Part shown: positions 37,233 through 44,691 of the stretch, in pieces | Position numbering within the stretch: position 1 is the stretch's first letter | How the letters are laid out: the number at the start of each line of letters is the position of its first letter | Assembly: GCA_947626085.1 (NCBI GenBank) | Contig: CANQQU010000005.1 | Location: 3,342-67,341, forward strand | Direction of reading: 5' to 3' | Length of the DNA: 64,000 nucleotides | From: an uncultured Oscillospiraceae bacterium | GTDB lineage: Bacteria; Bacillota; Clostridia; Oscillospirales; Oscillospiraceae | The notes under the pieces: model-generated | Databases searched by the model: none | Seen by the model: the letters and a program-made list of their open reading frames with translations, nothing else | Told to the model about the DNA's origin: nothing | Translations under genes and position numbers: made by a program

Positions 37233-37459
37233 GCATAAAGCATAACAACAACATCAGCGGTGCGGAGGTAATCGGAAATCCAAAATATAAGACCAAACGC
37301 CCGTTTCCGGCGGCTGGAATCTATTAGCCATATTGGAGACGGGCGCTTTATTTTGAGTGGCTTATGCAGGAGCATTTGTCCTTGAAATTCTCTCCAAAGA
37401 CACCAATATAATCACACGAAGGATCCGACAGCAGGATGGAAACCTGAAACCATTAAAAT

Positions 37460-38335
37460 TTATGCAAATCTATCTTTCAATTCCACAAGCAGACGTTCCG
37501 CGATAGGCGTAAATGCCTGATACTTTCTCCAAATCAAGTACATCTTTGCCTCCAATTTCGGTGAAAGCGGTCGGAACACAAGTCCGCTTCCCGGACTCGT
37601 ATCAATCAAATGGTCAAAGGTCAGCAGGAACCCCAGACCCTCCTTAACAAACAAAGACGCGTTATAGGACAGACGAAAGGAGCCTTCCAGACGTAGCTTG
37701 TCCATTTTTTCTCCGGCCCAGCGTGGGATGTCGCGTTTCCACCCTTGCTCCGAGCAAAACAGTGGCAGCCCGGCAACGTCATTCACAAGGACGCAGTCCT
37801 TTTTCGCCAAAGGGTGATCCACAGGTATGACGAGCCCCCATACGTCCGCCTCCGGGAAGGTGAGATAGTGATACTTCGCTGTATCCGGCTCCTCCGCAAG
37901 TACGGCAAAGTCAAGAATGCCCTTGTCCAGCTTTTCTGTGACCTGTTCCGTATCCCCACTGCTGATGTGATAGCGCAGTCCTGGATAAATCTCTTTGAAA
38001 CGCTTGATCTCCTGCGCAAGGTAACGAATTTGATAGGATTCAGCCAGCCCAAAATAAATATCTCCGCCGGTTATATCGTCCAAAGACACAAATTCGCCGA
38101 TGATCTTATCCGCCATCGAAACTAAATCTTCCGCCCGCTTTCTTAGAAGGATTCCTTCCTCGGTCAGCGAAATACTGAAGCTGTGCCGGGTAAACAGCTT
38201 TTTCCCCAGCTCGTCCTCTAATGCCCGCAGCGTCTTGGAAAGAGTGGGCTGCGTAACGTGTAGGATCTCTGCAGCTTTGGTCATGTTTTCTTCTCTTGCA
38301 ATGGCGAGAAAATATCTTAAAGTACGAATTTCCAT
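37460..38335 (-). CDS. LysR-family transcriptional regulator
   Basis: MEIRTLRYFLAIAREENMTKAAEILHVTQPTLSKTLRALEDELG is the LysR HTH. A substrate-binding domain follows. Confidence 0.85.
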   Translation of the reverse strand: MEIRTLRYFLAIAREENMTKAAEILHVTQPTLSKTLRALEDELGKKLFTRHSFSISLTEEGILLRKRAEDLVSMADKIIGEFVSLDDITGGDIYFGLAESYQIRYLAQEIKRFKEIYPGLRYHISSGDTEQVTEKLDKGILDFAVLAEEPDTAKYHYLTFPEADVWGLVIPVDHPLAKKDCVLVNDVAGLPLFCSEQGWKRDIPRWAGEKMDKLRLEGSFRLSYNASLFVKEGLGFLLTFDHLIDTSPGSGLVFRPLSPKLEAKMYLIWRKYQAFTPIAERLLVELKDRFA

Positions 38336-38352
38336 ATTGGTGTCCCCCATTC

Positions 38353-38389
38353 AATATCGTGATATTCGCCATAAGAATATCACGATATT
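38353..38389. promoter_or_regulatory. Perfect 15-bp inverted repeat AATATCGTGATATTC-N7-GAATATCACGATATT, candidate LysR operator
   Basis: It lies in the divergent intergenic region immediately upstream of the LysR start. Each arm contains an ATATC-N2-GATAT dyad, and the dyad centres are about 22 bp apart. An extended -10 (TGCTATACT, 38422-38430) follows for the plus-strand operon. Confidence 0.55.
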
Positions 38390-38471
38390 CATTATAACCA
38401 TTAGCGATGGGTATGTCAACGTGCTATACTGTAGATGTCATAAAAAAGTCGGACTCGGAAAGGGTGAGAGA

Positions 38472-38699
38472 ATGAGCGAACAAACAGAGAGTCTGCTTAC
38501 GGGAATGGCCGACGCGGGATGCAAAGCGGAGGAAATCGAGAAGGCCGGGCGTATTTTGCAAACGGGCAGCCTGAGCGAACTGACAAAATTCCTCAAGCAA
38601 TGCCGCTGCGGCCTGCTTGACCGGATGCACGAAAGCCAACAGCGGGTAGACCTAATGGATTATCTGATACGGAAGACCGAAAAACAATCAATAAAATAA
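38472..38699 (+). CDS. Small hypothetical protein (75 aa)
   Basis: The RBS is AAAGGGTGAGAG. It is the first gene of the operon divergent from the LysR gene. No family recognised. Confidence 0.45.
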   Translation: MSEQTESLLTGMADAGCKAEEIEKAGRILQTGSLSELTKFLKQCRCGLLDRMHESQQRVDLMDYLIRKTEKQSIK

Positions 38700-38706
38700 C
38701 GAAAGG

Positions 38707-39717
38707 ATGGCAAACATCATGAAAAAAGAAGACCTGAAACTGACGGCGGAATGGGATAAAACCTTCCCAAAGAGCGAGAAGGTAGACCACAGCAAGGTGA
38801 CCTTCGTGAACCGTTACGGCATCACCCTGGCGGCGGATTTATATGTGCCGAAAAATGTGGTAGGCAAGCGCCCGGCCATTGCCGTCTGCGGCCCCTTCGG
38901 AGCGGTGAAGGAGCAGGCGGCGGGACTCTATGCCCAGACCATGGCGGAAAGAGGATTTCTGACGGTTGCCTTTGACCCCTCCTTTACCGGCGAGAGCGGA
39001 GGAAATGTCCGTTACATGGCGTCCCCTGACATCAATACTGAGGACTTTATGGCGGCGGTGGATTTTCTGTCGCTGCACGATAAAGTTGATCCTGACCGAA
39101 TCGGCATCATCGGTATCTGTGGCTGGGGCGGCATGGCGCTGAATACGGCGGCGCTGGATACAAGAATCAAAGCGACCGTCGCCTCCACCATGTACGACAT
39201 GACGAGAGTAAACGCCAACGGCTACTTTGACGCCGAGGACAGCGAAGAAGCCCGGTATCAGAAAAAAGCGGCTATGTGCGCACAGAGACTTGCGGACTTG
39301 AAAGCGGGAGACTACGCTCTTGGCGGCGGTGTCGTCGATCCGCTGCCGGAGGATGCGCCGTTCTTCGTCAAGGATTATTACGATTACTACAAAACCGAGC
39401 GGGGATATCATCCCCGGTCCCTCAACTCCAACGGCGGCTGGAATGTGATCGGCTGTGAATCTTTTTTGAATCAGCCGATTCTCCAATACAGCAACGAGAT
39501 CCGCAGCGCCGTGCTGATCATGCACGGAGAGAAGGCCCACTCCTGCTATTTCAGCAAAGATGCCTATGCAGCTATGACAAAGGACAGCAAGTATACGGAC
39601 AACAAAGAACTGCTGATTATCCCGGACGCCGTTCACACTGACCTCTATGACGGTGGTGGGAAGAATGCAATACCGTTTGACAAGCTCACACAGTTTTTCA
39701 CAAAATATTTGAAGTAA
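38707..39717 (+). CDS. Alpha/beta-fold hydrolase (dienelactone-hydrolase-like)
   Basis: 336 aa. The nucleophile elbow GICGWGG follows the G-x-C-x-G pattern. The C-terminal region reads HGEKAH...DAVHTDLY. Confidence 0.75.
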   Translation: MANIMKKEDLKLTAEWDKTFPKSEKVDHSKVTFVNRYGITLAADLYVPKNVVGKRPAIAVCGPFGAVKEQAAGLYAQTMAERGFLTVAFDPSFTGESGGNVRYMASPDINTEDFMAAVDFLSLHDKVDPDRIGIIGICGWGGMALNTAALDTRIKATVASTMYDMTRVNANGYFDAEDSEEARYQKKAAMCAQRLADLKAGDYALGGGVVDPLPEDAPFFVKDYYDYYKTERGYHPRSLNSNGGWNVIGCESFLNQPILQYSNEIRSAVLIMHGEKAHSCYFSKDAYAAMTKDSKYTDNKELLIIPDAVHTDLYDGGGKNAIPFDKLTQFFTKYLK

Positions 39718-39743
39718 AATATCAAGAGTACAGAAACGGAGGG

Positions 39744-40256
39744 GTGAAGGTGAAACGTCTGATTTCGGTGGTTCTCATATTGGCGATGATTTTCTGCTGT
39801 GCCGCTTGCGGCGGCAAGGACGGGCCGGCAGCGCCTCCAGAGGCGGCGATAATCGAAGAAACCGAGGCGGAAGCTCCGGCAGAATCAAAATACGAGGAGG
39901 AGAATACCTTGAAAATGACCATTGGCGACACAGACGTGACGGTAGTGTGGGAGCGCAACGAGTCTGTTGCCGCCCTAAAGGAATTGGTGAAGGGCCATCC
40001 GCTCACGGTGCGGCTATCCATGTACGGTGGCTTTGAGCAGGTGGGCTCTCTGGGGACGGAGCTGCCCCTGAGCGATGAGCAAACCGTGACCCAGGCCGGG
40101 GATATCGTGCTGTATTCCGGCAACCAGATCGTGGTGTTTTACGGCTCCAACTCCTGGGCTTACACAAGGCTTGGACATATTACGGACAAGACCGCTGAGG
40201 AGTTGGCGGCGCTTCTTGGGAACGGGGACGTCACGCTTATATTGTCGGCAGAATAA
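39744..40256 (+). CDS. Cyclophilin-like-fold lipoprotein
   Basis: The signal and lipobox are AMIFCCAAC. The text TIGDTDVTVVWERNESVAALKELV...GDIVLYSGNQIVVFYGSNSWAYTRLG is typical of the cyclophilin-like superfamily of unknown function. Confidence 0.6.
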   Translation: MKVKRLISVVLILAMIFCCAACGGKDGPAAPPEAAIIEETEAEAPAESKYEEENTLKMTIGDTDVTVVWERNESVAALKELVKGHPLTVRLSMYGGFEQVGSLGTELPLSDEQTVTQAGDIVLYSGNQIVVFYGSNSWAYTRLGHITDKTAEELAALLGNGDVTLILSAE

Positions 40257-40280
40257 CAGAGATCATTTACGGAGGTACTT

Positions 40281-41366
40281 ATGGAATATCGTACATTGGG
40301 CGGCGAAAAAATCAGCGTGATCGGACTTGGCGCGGGAAGTCTTTCCGGCACCAAAGAGGAAATGGTCGCGGTTTTGAATGCGGCCATAGAAAACGGGATC
40401 AACTATTTTGACCTGGCTCCTTCAGTGGAGGCGCCTTGGTATGCCTATGGGGAGGCATTCGCCGGGCGGCGGGAGCAGATTCTGACCCAGATGCACTTCG
40501 GCGCTATTTACAAAAGCGGAAAATACGGCTGGACAAGAAACCTGGCCGAGATCAAAGAGCAGATTTCATGGAATTTCAGAATGCTGAAAACGGATTACAC
40601 CGACATGGGGTTCATTCATTGTGTGGATGATGAAGAAGACCTGAACGAAGTGATGAACGGCGGCCTGTGGGAATATATGAAATCCCTCAAGGCGGACGGA
40701 ACCATCCGGCATCTGGGCTTTTCCTCCCACAATCCCGCTATCGCCAGACAGATCCTCGATACCGGGCTTGTGGACCTGTTCATGTTCAGTATCAACCCGG
40801 CCTACGACTACCAAAAGGGGGAGTACGCCATTGGCGAGGCGGCGGAGCGGGCCGCGCTGTACCGGGACTGCGAAAAAATGGGCGTGGGCATATCAGTGAT
40901 GAAGCCCTTCGCCGGCGGGCAGCTTCTGGACGCCAGGCGGTCTCTTTTCAAGCGGGCCCTCACCCATACCCAGTGCATCCAGTATGCCCTGGACCGCCCC
41001 GGGGTGGTGACGGTCCTTCCGGGCGTCCGCGACATGGACGACCTTCAGACCGTGCTGGCCTATGGGAACGCCTCTCCGGAGGAACGGGACTATTCCGTGA
41101 TCGGAGCGTTTACGCCCCAGGACGCCGACGGGATCTGCGTCTACTGTAACCACTGCCAGCCCTGCGCTATGGGGCTGAACGTGGGCCTCATCAACAAATA
41201 TTATGACCTGGCCCTAGCCGGGGACGAGATGGCGAAAGGTCACTATCAAAAGCTGCCCGTCCACGCGGATGCGTGCGTCCAGTGCGGCCACTGTGAGCGC
41301 CGCTGCCCCTTCCATGTAAAGCAAGAGGCGCGGATGAAGGAAATCGCCGCTTATTTTGGGAAATAG
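40281..41366 (+). CDS. Aldo/keto reductase with C-terminal 4Fe-4S ferredoxin-type domain
   Basis: An AKR barrel at the N-terminus is followed by the Cys clusters CVYCNHCQPC and CVQCGHCERRCP. Confidence 0.8.
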   Translation: MEYRTLGGEKISVIGLGAGSLSGTKEEMVAVLNAAIENGINYFDLAPSVEAPWYAYGEAFAGRREQILTQMHFGAIYKSGKYGWTRNLAEIKEQISWNFRMLKTDYTDMGFIHCVDDEEDLNEVMNGGLWEYMKSLKADGTIRHLGFSSHNPAIARQILDTGLVDLFMFSINPAYDYQKGEYAIGEAAERAALYRDCEKMGVGISVMKPFAGGQLLDARRSLFKRALTHTQCIQYALDRPGVVTVLPGVRDMDDLQTVLAYGNASPEERDYSVIGAFTPQDADGICVYCNHCQPCAMGLNVGLINKYYDLALAGDEMAKGHYQKLPVHADACVQCGHCERRCPFHVKQEARMKEIAAYFGK

Positions 41367-41423
41367 TAGGCAGTATTTCTTCGCTCCGGGTGAAGAGGCT
41401 AATTCCTGCCGTGGGGACAAAAA

Positions 41424-41468
41424 CGAAAAACCTTCCTCTGGCGAATAAAGCCAGCGGAAGGTTTTTCG
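41424..41468 (+). terminator. Long hairpin CGAAAAACCTTCC...GGAAGGTTTTTCG after the reductase gene
   Basis: A 13-bp outer stem encloses an inner CTGGC/GCCAG stem. Confidence 0.5.
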
Positions 41469-41512
41469 TGTCTTATAGTTTCGCTGGCTTTACCCACTCG
41501 ATCGACATGTTC

Positions 41513-41546
41513 TAATGGGGAGAGTTAAATAAATGTGTCATACTGT
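41513..41546 (+). repeat. 34-bp direct repeat, right copy: TAATGGGGAGAGTTAAATAAATGTGTCATACTGT
   Basis: It matches 37199-37232 at 32 of 34 positions in the same orientation. Confidence 0.8.
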
Positions 41547-41852
41547 CCCCAAAAGGGGATATTATGCTGCATAGAAAGACAGACTGCCACATAAGGCCGC
41601 CCAAGAATTATTTAAATCGCGATCTACATACTGCAGTCCTCAAGGGGATTGCGGTATTTTTTGTTCGACACAAAACCCCAGAAAATATTATACATCGCCT
41701 GTTTTCATACTCCATTCGACGAAGAGCGCACCCAATAAAAACTGGGTGCGCCTCTTTAATGGAGGCGAAGGGAATTTGTGAAGGTTTTGATTGACGATTT
41801 ACCCAAATTCAGCTAGTATAGTAGCAGAATTAAAAACACGGGAGGAACTTTG

Positions 41853-42416
41853 ATGACGGAGCTTGAAGTTATGCGCAGGGCCAAGATGTACATCGATCAT
41901 ATGGCCAATGGGGTCAACCCCATCGACGGCGCCCCTGTGCCGGACGGGGATATTCTGAATAACGTGCGGATTTCCAGGTGCCTGTTTTATGTATCCGATA
42001 TTTTAAGGCAGGTTATTGAAAATAACGGAGTTATTGGCAGCCATCAGACCATCCGAAAGGCATATACCATTCCGGATGTGCGGAAATTTGCCCTTTCTGA
42101 GACGCCGATCCCTGTAAGCGAGATTGCCAAACGGTTAAACGACACCATCGATTTGGAGACATGCCGCAAATTCAGCTACACAGTCATCACTTCCTGGCTT
42201 CTTGAAATTGGGGCTTTGGAGGTAAGTAGTACCGCGGAGGGCAAAAACGCCAAGCGACCCACCTCCCAGGGAAACGCTCTGGGGATATCGGAAGAATTGC
42301 GAACAGGCGCAAAAGGAGAATATACGGTCGTCGTCTACAACAGAGAAGCCCAGCAGTTCCTCTTGGACAATATCGAATCCATCGTCGGCTCCGCAAATAC
42401 CCCAGGGAAAAAGTAG
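41853..42416 (+). CDS. Hypothetical protein (187 aa)
   Basis: The promoter-like TTGACG-17-TAGTAT lies at about 41792-41820 and the RBS is GGGAGG. No family recognised. Confidence 0.55.
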   Translation: MTELEVMRRAKMYIDHMANGVNPIDGAPVPDGDILNNVRISRCLFYVSDILRQVIENNGVIGSHQTIRKAYTIPDVRKFALSETPIPVSEIAKRLNDTIDLETCRKFSYTVITSWLLEIGALEVSSTAEGKNAKRPTSQGNALGISEELRTGAKGEYTVVVYNREAQQFLLDNIESIVGSANTPGKK

Positions 42417-42559
42417 ATCACGCAGACGGCAAAGCGCCATAAAACGCGGTGAAAAGGCCGCTCCGGCGGAACCACCCCGTTTCGGGCCCGCGCCGTGGGG
42501 CATGGACAGTGAATAAACTTTCAAATTACCGGCAGTCCCAACAGACCAAAGCGGCGGGA

Positions 42560-43291
42560 TCAGTCCCGCCGCTCGTTTTCGTTTTCATACCGCTCCCGGA
42601 ACCGGGCGGAGAAGGCCGGCTCCTCGCCGGCAGCGTAGAGATGGGAGATGTCCCCAAAGGCGCTCATCCGGAAATAGGCCAGCCCCTTCCGCCGTTCCTC
42701 CGTCACCAGGGTGGTCACCGACGAGGGGGCGGCGCAGAGCCCATGCCACAGCGGCATGGGGGAGATGTTCAGCAGGTGGCTCAGCAGCACACACTCCACG
42801 CCAAAGTGGCAGAAAAAGGCCAGGGTGTCTCCGTTTCCCGCCTCTGTCCGGTACAGCTGCCCCGCCCGGACGTAGCCGTGTTCCGCCAGGACCAGGTCCA
42901 AGCCCTGGCAGACCCAGTCGTAGGCCTGTTTGACCCCGCCCGCCTCCATGGCCGGGTGGCGATACCACCGATCCGGCAGGAAAAAGTCCGGCTCCGCCGT
43001 CCAGTCCCCAGGAAGCCAGTCCCAGGGCACCATGTCCCGGTCCGGGGCGTCGGGGCGGCGAATGGGGGCCTGAAATTCCCGGAGCCAGGGCTTGACCTCC
43101 GCTTCCCGATTTAGTTTCTCCAGGGTGGGGGCGGCGGTATCCCGGGCACGGCCCAATGGAGATGAATAAAACTTCCGTATTTCCAGAGCGGAAAGCCGGG
43201 ACGCCAGGAGCCAGGCTTCCCGGAAGCCCTTGGGTGTGAGAGAATCCCGGGCGTAGTCCGGGTCGGCGTGGCGGATGAGCAGCAGCTTCAT
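42560..43291 (-). CDS. Histidine phosphatase (phosphoglycerate-mutase-like) family protein
   Basis: MKLLLIRHADPDY carries the RHG-type motif. The length is typical of the family. Confidence 0.8.
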   Translation of the reverse strand: MKLLLIRHADPDYARDSLTPKGFREAWLLASRLSALEIRKFYSSPLGRARDTAAPTLEKLNREAEVKPWLREFQAPIRRPDAPDRDMVPWDWLPGDWTAEPDFFLPDRWYRHPAMEAGGVKQAYDWVCQGLDLVLAEHGYVRAGQLYRTEAGNGDTLAFFCHFGVECVLLSHLLNISPMPLWHGLCAAPSSVTTLVTEERRKGLAYFRMSAFGDISHLYAAGEEPAFSARFRERYENENERRD

Positions 43292-43413
43292 AGGGACCTC
43301 CCAATTTTTTGTCCATTATATCAGACCCTTTGGAACTTTGCAAGGGATGGGCAAAAAAGAGCGGGCGGAACGATTCCATCGCCACTTTTCTTCCGGGGAA
43401 AATGAAAAAATAC

Positions 43414-43442
43414 TTGTATATTTCCCAAAAATGTGATACGAT
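43414..43442 (+). promoter_or_regulatory. Candidate promoter TTGTAT-17 nt-TACGAT for the structured RNA
   Basis: The spacing is exactly 17 nt. The predicted start near 43449 coincides with the 5' strand of the closing helix. Confidence 0.5.
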
Positions 43443-43447
43443 ATCTT

Positions 43448-44058
43448 TTAGACGGCGCAGTATCCTAGTCGAAGCGGCCGGTTCCCAAGAAGGGCCTAAA
43501 AATCCTTTGAAGGGCATATCGATGAAGTCCCTGGTGTTTGCTTTTTGCGCCCAGCTTAGGGTGGATGCTGGGGGTTAAGGATCCCGGGCGCACCCCAATG
43601 GCATGGGGTATCCGACCCGGTTTCCGTGGAGACCTTTTCTTGTGCGACGGCGGAAGAGCCCCTGTTGGACCCGTCCGCGTACGAACTAGGTATGAACCTG
43701 CAAGGCGGTGCACAGAATCGTGTGCTGCGTGCAGAGTAGCCTGCCTTGCGTGGGTATGCGGGGAAAGGGGACAGGCGGAACGTTTCATGGCCATGGAATT
43801 TCCGCTATTGCTCCTGGAAACCATGCCTGCAAAAGAGGCTAAGAATCGGATCGCTTCGCAGTGGAAAACACCTAGGCTGTCTTAACCGGGCGGGCAGGGG
43901 ATTGCAGTACGGACTCAGTGGCAATCGGGTAGTCAGAACCGGCAACGCCTGAACAGACGGATCAAACGGAAACGGCCCGCACGGCAACGGCGGGTACCGT
44001 CCGGGGAAAACCAACCCGACCTAAGCCGTAAGATTTATCCTGCCTGCCGCCGTCTTAC
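43448..44058 (+). ncRNA. ole: Candidate OLE (ornate, large, extremophilic) RNA, about 610 nt
   Basis: The stretch of about 600 nt has no credible ORF. A long-range closing helix pairs GACGGCGCAG (43451-43460) with CTGCCGCCGTC (44044-44054), and there are many internal GC hairpins. It lies immediately upstream of a 4-TM DxxxD protein and dxs-tlyA-nadK-argR-recN, the published OLE context. No terminator separates it from the next gene. Confidence 0.6.
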
Positions 44059-44085
44059 TTAAACAATAAGGAGCGTTTCTTCCAA

Positions 44086-44679
44086 GTGGCTAAATCCGAC
44101 CCCGACGCAGGGAAAAAAGAGCGAAATAAGACGATCCGCTGGGTCGTCACCATTTTCCTGGTCACGCTTCTTGTCTCCGCGGTGATTTCCCTGATCTCCG
44201 AGGAGCTTTTGGACGGAAGCGGCATTTTCGCCGCCTTCCTGATCCTGTTTACCATCGTCTTTGTGGGCATCGTCTTTGATATCGTGGGCGTGGCCGTCAC
44301 CTCCGCTGATGAGCGGCCCTTCCACTCCATGGCCGCCAGGAAGGTCCCCGGGGCCCAGGAGGCCATCCGGCTTCTGCGCAACGCCGAGCGGGTCAGCTCC
44401 ATCTGCAACGACGTGGTGGGGGATATCTGCGGCGTGGTATCCGGCGCGGCTTCGGCGGTGATCGCGACCCAACTGATCCAAAATTTCTCCTTCAGCTGGC
44501 CCCGGGCGGCAGGCCTTTTCATGTCCGCCCTGGTGGCGGGTGTGACGGTGGGGGGTAAGGCCGTGGGCAAGACCCTTGCCATCGGCTCGGCCACCCAGAT
44601 CGTCCACCTGGTGGGGCGGCTGATCCACTGGTTCCGCACCTTGCCGGACTTGTTCCGCAAGGCAAAAAAGAAAAGTTAG
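44086..44679 (+). CDS. oapA: OLE-associated protein A-like small membrane protein
   Basis: 197 aa with four hydrophobic segments. It carries the DxxxD motif (NDVVGDICGVVSG) and sits between the RNA and dxs. Confidence 0.6.
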   Translation: MAKSDPDAGKKERNKTIRWVVTIFLVTLLVSAVISLISEELLDGSGIFAAFLILFTIVFVGIVFDIVGVAVTSADERPFHSMAARKVPGAQEAIRLLRNAERVSSICNDVVGDICGVVSGAASAVIATQLIQNFSFSWPRAAGLFMSALVAGVTVGGKAVGKTLAIGSATQIVHLVGRLIHWFRTLPDLFRKAKKKS

Positions 44680-44691
44680 GAAGATTATGCC

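Noticed and set aside
41564-41794. A 76-aa plus-strand ORF in the AT-rich spacer after the right repeat.
   Set aside because: It has no RBS, contains a terminator-like hairpin (GCGCACCCA-N8-TGGGTGCGC), and has an implausible composition.
42449-43517. ORFs 42449-43114 (+) and 42585-43517 (-) overlapping the histidine phosphatase gene.
   Set aside because: These are shadow frames with Pro/Gly/Arg-rich low-complexity translations. The 42560-43291 frame carries the RHADP phosphatase motif.
43465-44014. Short ORFs (43465-43824 -, 43538-43885 +, 43746-43952 +, 43805-44014 -) inside the proposed OLE interval.
   Set aside because: None has an RBS. They are mutually overlapping, Arg/Pro/Gly/Cys-rich, and cut across strong RNA helices. 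The interval is better explained as a structured RNA.
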